64,000 bases of DNA from Promethearchaeota archaeon (GTDB taxonomy: Archaea > Asgardarchaeota > Lokiarchaeia > Sigyniarchaeales > SOKP01): the NCBI GenBank assembly GCA_016839745.1, contig JAEOTS010000009.1:18131-82130 (forward strand), given 5' to 3'. The position numbers were made by a program, and so were the translations under genes. The notes beneath the pieces are model-generated. The model saw nothing but the letters and a program-made list of their open reading frames with translations, did no database searches and was not told the origin of the DNA. Shown piece by piece: positions 27,817 to 37,908 of this stretch (position 1 is the first letter of the stretch; the number at the start of each line of letters is the position of its first letter).

Positions 27817-29697
27817 TTAATAATATTTCTCAATCAAAAGCTCTATCTCCTCTTCGTCCAAACCAAATAACTTAAGAAGACAAATATCTATTATTCTTTT
27901 GAAGTTTTTTACATCCCTTATTTGGGAATAAATATTAAGGTTTAAATCTTTTAACTTATCAAATTTGCCTTTATCCATGGAGACTATATTTTGAGTTAAA
28001 TTTGAAGTTAAATATCGAATAATATCAATTAATTCTATTTGATAAGGAAATTGAAAAAGTGAAATGTTGGGAACTGGGATCTCCTCCTCCAATTTAGTCT
28101 TACTTCTCTTTATTGTTATATTTTTTGCTTTGAAAAGAAATTTCACAATCTTCGAATTAAGATATGCAAGTAGAAATAAGTGATCAATGTCGGTTTTTCC
28201 CTCCCTCGGCCATAAGAAATAAGTATCAGAAGTAGCATAATATGAATCTTGGGTGTATCCAAAGACATTTGAATTGGAAATGTAACTAAAAAAAATCTTA
28301 GGTTCCTTATCATAGTAAGGTTCGAGATTAACTAATTTTCTTTTATGGTTAATATCAAACTGGGTAATTAAACTCCCTCTTCTTGGAAAATATATGTCTC
28401 TAATATTTTCTTTGGCATTCCTAAGTATATCTTCAAGTTCTCTTCTGTATTGGTTTAAATATGCCGTAAGGTTAGGATATTTCTTCTCAGTTAATTTATT
28501 CCTTCTTTTTAAGTCTTGAATTTTAAATTCATTCTTTTCTAGGTAGATTAAATAACCTGAAAAGCCATTCTTGTCATAAGAGAATGGCAAGATAACTTTG
28601 CTTTTAAACAATTTTTTTAATTTTTGTTTCTCATCATTGTTCAATTTTACGAAAGTATTGTTCATCTTGATAAACATGTTCGAATCGGCAATTTTGAGGT
28701 TATCATTCTCTTTTAATATGAAAACTTCATCTTTAATCAAAATTAATCCATTTCTAATGATAAAAAAATCAGATAGATAAGATAAACTCCCATTAAAGCT
28801 GCAAAATATCTCGATCTTTTTAACAACATTCTTTACATCAACAGGATATTGTAAGTTCCAGCCGTTAATTTTAGATAAATCTTTATTTGTCATTGCTGAT
28901 TTGTATTTTAGAAGATGTGGTGAATTTTCGTTGTTTATTATATTTTTAAAGAGGATTTTATTCGATTTTTCATTAAATCGGTTATTATATGGATTAACTT
29001 GAACCACATCTATATATTTATTGATATTCTTTTGTTTTTCATTCTCATACTTCTTTTGAAGAACAAAGATACAATTGTGTTGACCCTTAGCATCCTTAAA
29101 AACAGAAATTTTTGATAAATCAATGAGTTGTAATATAAAGCAATCGGTTACTATGTGTGGTTTTAGATGTTTAATCCCTGTCTTATTAGATTTCGTTAAC
29201 CAGTAGTTAGTGGTGATAAAAGATAGTAACCCTCCCGGTTGTAATTTTTCTATTCCTAGATGAATGAAAAAATAAAATAAATCCATATTTCCAACGAAAT
29301 ATTTTTCACACATCGAATAAGTCCTTACAAGCTCTTGAAAAATATGTGCGTTATAGTTTTGTCCTAAATAAGGTGGATTTCCTATAATAATATTAAATTT
29401 TTCGTTAGAGTCTGAGCCTAAGAAATTCTCGAATTTAAATTTTACATTCGGATAATAATTTAAAAGAGGTGCTTCTAAACTTTGATCTAATTCATAAGCG
29501 GTGATATCGGTAAATCCTTCATCTATCATATGACTGAGAAAGATTCCTTTACCTGCGCTAGGTTCGAGAATTTTAATTAAATCAATGTTTGGCTTATTGT
29601 GGATTGAAAGATATTGTTGCTTAATGTTTTTGACCATAAATTCTGCTATGTAATCAGGAGTAAAAATTTGACTTAACTGGTTTTTATTCAAATCCAT
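27817..29697 (-). CDS. N6-adenine DNA methyltransferase, gamma class (TaqI/Eco57I-like); no cognate nuclease nearby
   Basis: QIFTP, ILEPSAGKGIF (motif I), IIGNPPY (motif IV), DLFYFF and LLAYLNS motifs. Confidence 0.88.
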   Translation of the reverse strand: MDLNKNQLSQIFTPDYIAEFMVKNIKQQYLSIHNKPNIDLIKILEPSAGKGIFLSHMIDEGFTDITAYELDQSLEAPLLNYYPNVKFKFENFLGSDSNEKFNIIIGNPPYLGQNYNAHIFQELVRTYSMCEKYFVGNMDLFYFFIHLGIEKLQPGGLLSFITTNYWLTKSNKTGIKHLKPHIVTDCFILQLIDLSKISVFKDAKGQHNCIFVLQKKYENEKQKNINKYIDVVQVNPYNNRFNEKSNKILFKNIINNENSPHLLKYKSAMTNKDLSKINGWNLQYPVDVKNVVKKIEIFCSFNGSLSYLSDFFIIRNGLILIKDEVFILKENDNLKIADSNMFIKMNNTFVKLNNDEKQKLKKLFKSKVILPFSYDKNGFSGYLIYLEKNEFKIQDLKRRNKLTEKKYPNLTAYLNQYRRELEDILRNAKENIRDIYFPRRGSLITQFDINHKRKLVNLEPYYDKEPKIFFSYISNSNVFGYTQDSYYATSDTYFLWPREGKTDIDHLFLLAYLNSKIVKFLFKAKNITIKRSKTKLEEEIPVPNISLFQFPYQIELIDIIRYLTSNLTQNIVSMDKGKFDKLKDLNLNIYSQIRDVKNFKRIIDICLLKLFGLDEEEIELLIEKYY

Positions 29698-29784
29698 TAT
29701 TTACTAGATTGTTGAAAGTAGCTAAATATTTGAAGTTTTTACTTAGATAAACTTATTGCCTTAGAAAAAGTGAAAAAAAAGTTT

Positions 29785-31311
29785 TTAATGCTCGTGTTGA
29801 TGTTCATGGCCGTGAGATTTAATATTTATTGGTCGCATTTTTCCAATTGCCCAACCTGTTACTTCATTAAGAGAGGGATGAATTACCATTGATTTATAAA
29901 GCGGCATAAAAGAACCTGCCTCAGGACAAGCTCTCCCTAACTTGTTAGAACCTGTTCTTCCGGGAAAATCGGGAGAATCGCAGGTATAGCCTGCATTCAT
30001 CAAATAGACAAAGGGTTGAACCAGCATCGCAGCGTGAGGGCCGACCACATGTGCACCTAATAATTTATAAGATTTATCGATGACGAGTTTAACAAAACCA
30101 TTATCAAAATCATCACTTTCATATCCCATTGCAAATCCTTTTGCAACTGAGGAGTAATTATTTATTGCAACATATATCTCGTGACCATTTTCTATGGCTT
30201 CTTCTTGAGTCATTCCCACATGTCCTATTTGGGGCGATGTAAAAATAGCCCAAGGCACTACTGAATAATCTACTTCTCTTTTATCATCGGGAGGACCAAA
30301 AATGTTGTTTGCACAGATATCCGCTTCATAGTTAGCTTTATGTCTAAATTGATAAAGACCGTTAGCATCTCCAAAGCACCATATATTTGGTTTTGAAGTT
30401 TCTAAGTATTTATTGGTTTTAATCCAGCCTCTTTCGTCAGTTTCAACTCCAGTCTTCTCAACCGCCAATAAATCAGCATTAGAACGACGTCCAGCGGCAA
30501 TTAAAATTTCTTCGGCTAGTAGTTCAATTTCCTTTCCACTCTCAACATTTTGAACTATAACAGTCTTTAGATTCTTTTTTATTCCTACTTTAATCGCTTT
30601 ATGGTTTACTAACACAGTCATATGTTTCTTAAAATTGCGTTCTAAGAACTTGCTTATTTCAGGTTCTTCAGTCATGACTAAACGTGGCAACATCTCAACG
30701 ATGGTAACGTTTGTACCAAAAGCTGAAAATATATGTGCGAATTCAGCTGCAATTACTCCACCCCCAATAATAATTAGACTTTCCCATGGTTTTTTAGGAA
30801 ATTTTTCACCAAAGAAATTCTTGTTTGTTACATATTCGATTTCGTCTAATCCTTGTATTGGAGGAATTAGAGAACGCGCGCCGGAAGCTAATACAAATTT
30901 TTCTCCTTTAAAGTGTCCAATTATTCCATTGGATTCTACAGATTTAACTATCATTTCGTAATCTCCTACAAATTCTCCTACACCTTTATAAAGTTTCAAG
31001 TTTGGTACATGCGATAGTCCTTCTTCCATTTCTTTGCTTTCGTCTATCTGACTCCACATACGCTTACCAATCAACTCCCAATCAAAATCTTCAACTCTTA
31101 ATTTGATTCCTACTTTAGTAGCATGCTCTGCTTCTCTTATCAAATCAGCAGGGTGAACCAAAACTTTTGAAGGAATGCAACCACGAGTTAAACATGTCGC
31201 TCCTAGTTTTGTGTCTTCGACTAGAACGCACTTTAAACTCATTTGAAGTCCATAATTAAGGACACTTAATCCTGCTCCAGATCCTATCACAACTAAATCA
31301 TAGTTATCCAT
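29785..31311 (-). CDS. Class I pyridine nucleotide-disulfide oxidoreductase (dihydrolipoamide dehydrogenase/mycothione reductase-like)
   Basis: IGSGAG, TCLTRGCIPSK, GGGVIAAE, GDANG..QFRH and HPSLNE motifs. Confidence 0.88.
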   Translation of the reverse strand: MDNYDLVVIGSGAGLSVLNYGLQMSLKCVLVEDTKLGATCLTRGCIPSKVLVHPADLIREAEHATKVGIKLRVEDFDWELIGKRMWSQIDESKEMEEGLSHVPNLKLYKGVGEFVGDYEMIVKSVESNGIIGHFKGEKFVLASGARSLIPPIQGLDEIEYVTNKNFFGEKFPKKPWESLIIIGGGVIAAEFAHIFSAFGTNVTIVEMLPRLVMTEEPEISKFLERNFKKHMTVLVNHKAIKVGIKKNLKTVIVQNVESGKEIELLAEEILIAAGRRSNADLLAVEKTGVETDERGWIKTNKYLETSKPNIWCFGDANGLYQFRHKANYEADICANNIFGPPDDKREVDYSVVPWAIFTSPQIGHVGMTQEEAIENGHEIYVAINNYSSVAKGFAMGYESDDFDNGFVKLVIDKSYKLLGAHVVGPHAAMLVQPFVYLMNAGYTCDSPDFPGRTGSNKLGRACPEAGSFMPLYKSMVIHPSLNEVTGWAIGKMRPINIKSHGHEHQHEH

Positions 31312-31419
31312 ACATTCAATTCTCCATCTATCATTTTTAAAGTTTTTATTAATTTTTTAAAGATTATAGAAAAATAAGATTGTTTAAGAGAATTAATTCT
31401 AATTAAGAGGTTTTAGGGT

Positions 31420-32610
31420 CTACTTACGCATATTAATAAAACCCCCAGATTTCATTAATTCACATGGTTTAAGGAATGTCTTATCGCTCACTTCAACGAA
31501 TTCTTCCAATATTTTGGACCACTTTTCATAATTTCTCTTGCCTGAACCGAAAGGACCAGGCATACTCGTTCCTGCGAGCATCACATCATTAATTACTTTA
31601 TATCCGGAAACAATATTCTCTTCTAACAACTTACATCCTTCATTGAGCATAATAGCCATTGTCATTTCGGGATTTAAAATGCCCGCTTTTTTATCTAAAT
31701 TTATTTCTGCCTTCCCCCTCGTCCAATCGTAGAAGCCTCGACCTGATTTCCTTCCTAAATGCCCTTTATTGACAAGTTCAGTAAGAACCTTTCCGGGAGC
31801 GAAATCTGGAGAAAAAATCTTTTCATAACTTCTCAATGAATTATAAGTAGTATCTATCCCAAGATAATCAGTTAATTCGCAAGGGCCCATAGGAGTTAAT
31901 CTTCTTGCTTCGGCATCAGCATCGATTTGTTCCCAAGGAATACCTTTCTCTGAAGCTATATCGAAAATCCAACTAAGATAAATAATTGGTGGAATTAGTA
32001 AACGATTTGCAATAAATCCCGGACTTTCTTTCTCAATTCGAACTGAAAGTCGTTTTCCTTTAAGACATGGTAGACTTTTTCCTATTTCGACACCAATATC
32101 TAATGCTCTATCGGTTGTTTCTTCCCCTTTCATCACTTCAACACAGCATTGAAGTACAACAGGGAAGAAGAAATGCATTCCAATAACATTTTCTGGTCTA
32201 ATTGAATCTTTAGCTATGTCTGTTATTTTAAATGTCGAGGTATTTGAAGCAAAAATACAGTGTGGAGGTGAATTTTCCATAACCAGATTACATACTTGTT
32301 TTTTAATGTCTAGCTTCTCAATAATAGCTTCAAAAACGAAATCACTCTTTTTAACTGCATATGATAAATCAGTTGATACCTTACATTTTAACATTAGATC
32401 CAAAACGGAGACTCCTTCTTCTAGTTTATCTTTTATCTGAGCTTTTTTCAAACCCTCTTTAATTTTTGACAAACCATTGTTAACTATGTTTTCTTTAATA
32501 TCAACTAAAATTACTTTATAACCTGCCATTAAAGCAACTTGAGCTATTCCATATCCCATAGCTCCTGCCCCTACAACGGTTACATTTTTAATTTTGCTAA
32601 TCTCCACCAT
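31420..32610 (-). CDS. 3-hydroxyacyl-CoA dehydrogenase
   Basis: VGAGAMGYGIA, EAIIE..DIK, ASNTS, GMHFF.P, PGFIANR, PMGP.EL.D and LGRKSG.GFY motifs; duplicated C-terminal domain. Confidence 0.92.
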   Translation of the reverse strand: MVEISKIKNVTVVGAGAMGYGIAQVALMAGYKVILVDIKENIVNNGLSKIKEGLKKAQIKDKLEEGVSVLDLMLKCKVSTDLSYAVKKSDFVFEAIIEKLDIKKQVCNLVMENSPPHCIFASNTSTFKITDIAKDSIRPENVIGMHFFFPVVLQCCVEVMKGEETTDRALDIGVEIGKSLPCLKGKRLSVRIEKESPGFIANRLLIPPIIYLSWIFDIASEKGIPWEQIDADAEARRLTPMGPCELTDYLGIDTTYNSLRSYEKIFSPDFAPGKVLTELVNKGHLGRKSGRGFYDWTRGKAEINLDKKAGILNPEMTMAIMLNEGCKLLEENIVSGYKVINDVMLAGTSMPGPFGSGKRNYEKWSKILEEFVEVSDKTFLKPCELMKSGGFINMRK

Positions 32611-32797
32611 TTAAGGCGCCAACTCTCAATATTCAAATATCCATTGATCTCTTATTTTCCGAATATAAATCTTTTATGTTTCTGGAATTTATCAAAACAA
32701 TACTGCTTTAAATACGAGTTTTATAAAAAATTATGAAAGAGATTCAATAAAAATATTGGTTAAATAAAAATGAAAAAGTAAGAAATTAAAGTTGCAT

Positions 32798-33745
32798 TTA
32801 GTTTCCGATAATATCCTTTAACTTGGGAAAGATTCGGGGATAATGCACCGCCATGCAATGGATCCCTGCTAGGAGGTTTTTACTTCGTAATTCTGATATG
32901 AATGGTTTGAAGAAATCATAATTATATTGATCGTATAATTTTTTCTGCTCCTTTTTATCAGTGACTTCTTTTTTAACGTTTTTCCACTTAGCTAAGATTT
33001 CTTTAGGGACGCTAACGCCAGGTACAAAAGTATCGAAACCTTTAGCAATTCCATATGACTTCATTGGAAATATTCCAAGTAATATCGGCACTTTATACTT
33101 CTTGATTTCTGTTAAAAACTCTATAGTACGATCGAGGTCGTAAACAACTTGAGTTTGGATAAATTCACAACCCGCTTCTGCTTTTCTACCTATTTTTAAT
33201 ATTTCTGCGCCCATTGGTTCAGCATTAGGATTTGCAGCCGCCCCAACATGTAAAGTTGGAGGTGCTTCGATCTCGTTACCGTTAATAGAACCTTTATCAA
33301 CCATTTCCCTCACTAACTTTACCAGCGTTGCGGAATCAAGATCAAAAACAGGTTTTGACTCGGGCATATCGCCTAAAGCTGTGTGATCGCCTGTTAGAGA
33401 AAGAACATTGCGTATCCCTAGAGCGTGCGCGCCCATTATCATTCCCGCAATTCCTAACTTATTAACATCCCTTACAGTCATTTGCCAAACGCATTCTAAA
33501 CCGGCAGCTTTTTGAATTAAATGCGTTGCAGCCATAGAATTTATTGTTACAATGCCTAAGGGACTATCTGTCACATTTGCAGCAATAACATAGGGGGCCA
33601 TTTCTTTAGCTTCATGGATAGTGTGAGAGAGATCCGTTGTTTTTTCAGGCTCAAGTTCACCTGTTAATATAAATTCACCCTTCGCGATGGCCTCTCCTAA
33701 TTTGGAATAAGTTTTTACTTCTGTCATTTTCACATTTACCTCCAA
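32798..33745 (-). CDS. metF: Methylenetetrahydrofolate reductase, copy 1
   Basis: GELEP, ANVTD, QMTVRD.N, LTGDH, VFDLDS, FIQTQ and PGVSVP motifs. The true start is probably the ATG near 33727. Confidence 0.9.
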   Translation of the reverse strand: MEVNVKMTEVKTYSKLGEAIAKGEFILTGELEPEKTTDLSHTIHEAKEMAPYVIAANVTDSPLGIVTINSMAATHLIQKAAGLECVWQMTVRDVNKLGIAGMIMGAHALGIRNVLSLTGDHTALGDMPESKPVFDLDSATLVKLVREMVDKGSINGNEIEAPPTLHVGAAANPNAEPMGAEILKIGRKAEAGCEFIQTQVVYDLDRTIEFLTEIKKYKVPILLGIFPMKSYGIAKGFDTFVPGVSVPKEILAKWKNVKKEVTDKKEQKKLYDQYNYDFFKPFISELRSKNLLAGIHCMAVHYPRIFPKLKDIIGN

Positions 33746-34407
33746 ACTATCTCTCTTTGATGACCGATCTTACTCCAATCCAATGGGTCTCTTAATTTTG
33801 AAAATAAGTCTAAACGGCCTAACTCTTTTAGGCGATTATATATCGTTATCCAACCGCAGTCTTTCTCATAATCACCCACTTCACATTTTCCATCCACCAT
33901 ACCTCCACAAGGTCCATTCATAAGCGCTTTAGCGCAAGTTGTGACTGGACAAATACCTCCAGTTTCGTTTAACAAACAATCGCCACACCCTTTGCAACGC
34001 ATATAGAAACGTCCGATGCGTTCTGTCATTCCTATAAACTCAGTGTTATTAGCCGTGAAAACGGGTATTTCTGGATGAGATTTCGTAAGAACTTCAATAA
34101 TCGATTGTACCCCTAAACCACAGGCTAATGTTAAAATACCGTCTGAGTTTTTAACATCCTCATCAATCTTGCGTAAATCTTTTTTCATCACACGGTTATC
34201 ACAAACATCCTCGCTCACTATTGCATTAGTAACATTAAATCCCCTTTCTTTTAGTTTTTCCGACCATTCCTCAGCTCCTTCACTCCCCCCAGTTTGACAG
34301 AGAGCTGCGCAAACCCCACAGCTCACGACTAATATATTTTTTACTTTATAATTGTTAAGAGCTTCAAAAACCTCTTCTTCCGGTTTTTTCGTTGTTATTA
34401 CAACCAT
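33736..34407 (-). CDS. metV: MetV (MTHFR-associated Fe-S/Zn subunit), copy 1
   Basis: C..C...C.TGG, LACGLGVQ and C..CG.C.L..TGGICP...CAK.L.NGPCGG..GKCE..C.W motifs. Confidence 0.9.
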   Translation of the reverse strand: MVVITTKKPEEEVFEALNNYKVKNILVVSCGVCAALCQTGGSEGAEEWSEKLKERGFNVTNAIVSEDVCDNRVMKKDLRKIDEDVKNSDGILTLACGLGVQSIIEVLTKSHPEIPVFTANNTEFIGMTERIGRFYMRCKGCGDCLLNETGGICPVTTCAKALMNGPCGGMVDGKCEVGDYEKDCGWITIYNRLKELGRLDLFSKLRDPLDWSKIGHQREIVWR

Positions 34408-34526
34408 GATTTTTAACTCTTCTTTTTTGATTTTAGTTGATTTTAAATTTTAATCCTGTAATATTTGAGAAAATTATCTAATCCATTTTAACTTAATTAT
34501 TACAATAAATAAACAATTAAATGCAT

Positions 34527-34543
34527 CAAAATGATAATTTTAT
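34527..34543. promoter_or_regulatory. Candidate operator upstream of metV1 (shared with cdhD)
   Basis: CAAAATGATAATTTTAT; near-palindromic core AAAATGATAATTTT. Confidence 0.3.
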
Positions 34544-34612
34544 CGAATTATGAAAACTAGCTGATCGAAACCTTCCAAATCAGAGCTTTTAAAAAAAAAA
34601 ATAAAAAGGAAT

Positions 34613-36127
34613 CTATAACTCATTCTTAATTTGATGTTTTTCCTTTGTATCTTTTGAAATATTGCGTTTATTGCGATAGCGGAATATAACCACGACTGAT
34701 ATTGTCCCTATTATAAGTACTATTACAATGATAAATACTAATTCTATTGGAAATGGTAAAGCAGTAATTCCATAAGCATAATATATATCCATCTCATTAT
34801 TTCTTCCGTCAGACCAAGCTATATGAGGGATTCCGTATTGATCAAGTTGAATACACATATATTCTCCAGGTCTCGTAAAAATACTCGAAGTGTCTTGGTC
34901 CGCTATAACTATTTCATCGGACAAGACAGGATCGTTTCTATTAACCCCCGTAAAATTGATTGTACGATAATAGGGTCTATAATTACCTCCAATTTCACTA
35001 TAATAGACAACATGTAATCTTCCAGTCGGATCAATTACCATATCGGGATTCCATTGGTTTCCGGCAGTGTTTGGGTTCACTTGTATTCGTTCACTCCAAT
35101 TTATACCATAATTATCGGAATAACGCAAGTATACATCCCATGTGTCAGCAACTTGATCAAATTTATCCGCCCATATAACATAAAGCCGATCATCATTATC
35201 AAACTTTATTACTGGTAAGGTAGATTTACTTACTCCACCACTTGCTAGTTCAAACGCGGAATAATTTCCGTCGTCGTTAATAATTTGCGGAGTGTCAAAT
35301 GATAAACCCTTATCAAGACTTTTAGAAATAAAAAGATTTCCACCCGAGCCAGGTACCCAACTCCATGCTACAAAAGGGTCTCCAGAACCATTTAAAGTAA
35401 TATAAGGCCCTACAAAAAACTCATCTTCACCTATCACCGAAATTTCATGGTATGAGGCTCCTCCATCCATAGAACGCGTTACACGAATGGTTGCGTTCCC
35501 ATTTGGGTCTTCTACATTAGCATCGTCATAAACAAGATACACTGTGTTATTTTCACCAACAAAGAAAGTTTCCTTATCTGCAAAATATGTGCTATTGGAA
35601 GCTTGTATGGGATTCCATGTAACTCCGTTGTCGCTGCTTTTAGCTATCGTTATTTGTGTTAGATAACCTCCACTCGGATCATTAAAGTACTCAGGTTCGA
35701 ATTCAAGATAAGCATAATAGACAGTTCCATTATACCAATATAACCACGGATCAGATTGTCGTGTAAAAGAACCAAACATTGGCATGTCGTACGGTTGAGT
35801 CCAAGAAGTACCACCATCAAGAGATCTTACAATGCTCACGCGTGCCCCACCTCCATTATGCGTTTCTGAATTTTTCCAGCCAACGAAAATCGTTCCATCA
35901 TCGCTTATTGCCATCGAAACTTCCACATGGTGGGCGTAGTTGTTGTCGTCAGTTGATAAAAGTTTATTACTTGAAAATCCTAAAATAACTTTGTCTGTCT
36001 CTTGAGAAAGGCTTAAATTACCTGCAGCAATGGAATTAATTGAAATAAAAGTAGAAAAAGGGAGTAAAAATGCTAAAATGAATACATAAGAAGTCAAGAA
36101 GACATATGATTTTCTAATTCTATTCAT
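34613..36127 (-). CDS. Membrane-anchored BNR/Asp-box (sialidase-like) beta-propeller protein
   Basis: Five Asp-boxes (SLDGGTSW, SSDNGVTW, SMDGGASY, SLDKGLSF, SDNYGINW); N-terminal signal and C-terminal TM with basic tail. Confidence 0.82.
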   Translation of the reverse strand: MNRIRKSYVFLTSYVFILAFLLPFSTFISINSIAAGNLSLSQETDKVILGFSSNKLLSTDDNNYAHHVEVSMAISDDGTIFVGWKNSETHNGGGARVSIVRSLDGGTSWTQPYDMPMFGSFTRQSDPWLYWYNGTVYYAYLEFEPEYFNDPSGGYLTQITIAKSSDNGVTWNPIQASNSTYFADKETFFVGENNTVYLVYDDANVEDPNGNATIRVTRSMDGGASYHEISVIGEDEFFVGPYITLNGSGDPFVAWSWVPGSGGNLFISKSLDKGLSFDTPQIINDDGNYSAFELASGGVSKSTLPVIKFDNDDRLYVIWADKFDQVADTWDVYLRYSDNYGINWSERIQVNPNTAGNQWNPDMVIDPTGRLHVVYYSEIGGNYRPYYRTINFTGVNRNDPVLSDEIVIADQDTSSIFTRPGEYMCIQLDQYGIPHIAWSDGRNNEMDIYYAYGITALPFPIELVFIIVIVLIIGTISVVVIFRYRNKRNISKDTKEKHQIKNEL

Positions 36128-36284
36128 TTAGCGCCACAAATCTAATTTTATTTTTAGTAGAATATATTTTCACTATTAATGGTTCATTTATATCAGTCAA
36201 CTAATAAACATTGTTATTAAATAACACAAGTTATTTATTCCAGTTTCTTTTTAAAAAACCAAATAAAAAAAAGAAAGAAAAGGA

Positions 36285-37772
36285 TTATTGTATTAAAGTG
36301 GGAAGAATTTTTGCTAATGGAACAGCTAGACCACCTAGTAAAGAACCAATAGAAGTCAGTTTTTTCAAATAATCCTTCATGTTTTTAGTTACTTTTATAG
36401 TTCTCGTTTTTCCCTCAATAATGGTGCCATCAGAGGACATTAAAAAGATTTGAATTGTTTGTTCTCCCGTTTCTCTTGGCTCTAAAGTTAACCAAGTTGT
36501 ATCTCCATTTTCTAGCATAGTTGACAATACACCTGCAATGTCAGTACTTTCAGAAGAGATTAAAGGAATGGATTCATTCGGAATTAAAAAGCTTCCTCTC
36601 CCTTCGACTTTGATATCCAACTTTAATTTGCTAGGTTCGAAACCAGGGGCGACTACCTTTATAGCGTAATTCTTATCCTCAGGAGCATTATTATAAAGAA
36701 AAACAAAAATATTTAACTCCGAATTCAAATAAACGACTTCCTGTGCTGAAGAATCCATATATATTGGATCTTTTGAAAGACGTTCAATGTTATCAGCGAG
36801 TTCTAATTGAAGCCTATCGATGATGTTAAAAAAACCAGGATTGAATTTTTTAATGTAATTGAATAATTTATAGATATCAGAAGTAGAGAAGTACCACAAA
36901 CCGTCAATTAACAATCCCTTTTTGACATCAAAAGAAACAGAATCTACATTAATTACTTCTTTTAATTCACGAGTAAATTGTTCATCGGTTAAAACGCCTT
37001 GAAATCGCAAATAATATAAGAATAAGATCGATTCAATTCCAAAAGTTAATGGTAATTCATCTTCCTCGGCTTCTTTCACCTTTTGAATAAAGGACGGTGT
37101 TAAAATTTTTTCTATTCCTAGTAAGTATTCGTCCCATTTAAGATATGTAACCGGATCCAAATGATCTGCAAATACTTCAGCAAAAAAATTATCAAGAAAA
37201 ATTTGATGAGTTGTGGGCTTATAGAAATCTTGAAGACCATTTACATCGTGAATATTTAGGTTTAAACTCCTAATAATAATCGCTAATCCTAACCCTATTA
37301 ACGCAAATCCTGCTGCTGCGAATCCTAAATTCAGATCTCCGAGTAATAACATTACCAAGAACAAAATTAAAGCAATAAAACATATTGTGGCAATAATCTT
37401 TAGCAGGTTAACAACTCGTTTAACGCTTGAAAACAACATTTCAAAACCATCAAGGCTGTCTATTGGTCTCCCTCTCTTTCTTTCAAATTTTAATCTTAAT
37501 TTAAGAGAAGAATTTGTCGAATTTGCACCTAAAAATAGCATTATTGAATTAAAGGCATATATACCTAATATCACGAAAAACACAATTTTTAACGTGAAAT
37601 CCAACGCTGAAATAAAAGCTAGAATGGTTACTATTAGCAGAAGAATAGGAAGAATGAACAGTAGAACTTTGCCAAATCCAGATACGTACTTAACCATTTT
37701 GCCTTGAAATCGTTCCTTTTTACTTATTTTAGATAAGTCTTTTTCTAATTCTCTTTCCATTTTATAATTCAT
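36285..37772 (-). CDS. Hypothetical membrane protein (4 N-terminal TM, soluble helical and beta domain, C-terminal hydrophobic helix)
   Basis: 495 aa ORF; hydropathy pattern. Confidence 0.65.
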   Translation of the reverse strand: MNYKMERELEKDLSKISKKERFQGKMVKYVSGFGKVLLFILPILLLIVTILAFISALDFTLKIVFFVILGIYAFNSIMLFLGANSTNSSLKLRLKFERKRGRPIDSLDGFEMLFSSVKRVVNLLKIIATICFIALILFLVMLLLGDLNLGFAAAGFALIGLGLAIIIRSLNLNIHDVNGLQDFYKPTTHQIFLDNFFAEVFADHLDPVTYLKWDEYLLGIEKILTPSFIQKVKEAEEDELPLTFGIESILFLYYLRFQGVLTDEQFTRELKEVINVDSVSFDVKKGLLIDGLWYFSTSDIYKLFNYIKKFNPGFFNIIDRLQLELADNIERLSKDPIYMDSSAQEVVYLNSELNIFVFLYNNAPEDKNYAIKVVAPGFEPSKLKLDIKVEGRGSFLIPNESIPLISSESTDIAGVLSTMLENGDTTWLTLEPRETGEQTIQIFLMSSDGTIIEGKTRTIKVTKNMKDYLKKLTSIGSLLGGLAVPLAKILPTLIQ

Positions 37773-37908
37773 CTTTTCAATTTCTTAAAAATTTAATAAA
37801 TATATAGTTAGAATAATAAAAATCGTGATTTAAAATATTAATGAAAATAATCTCTCTTAATCTGAATTAAAAACTAAATATTTAAACAAGACATCCTTTA
37901 ATAAAATC

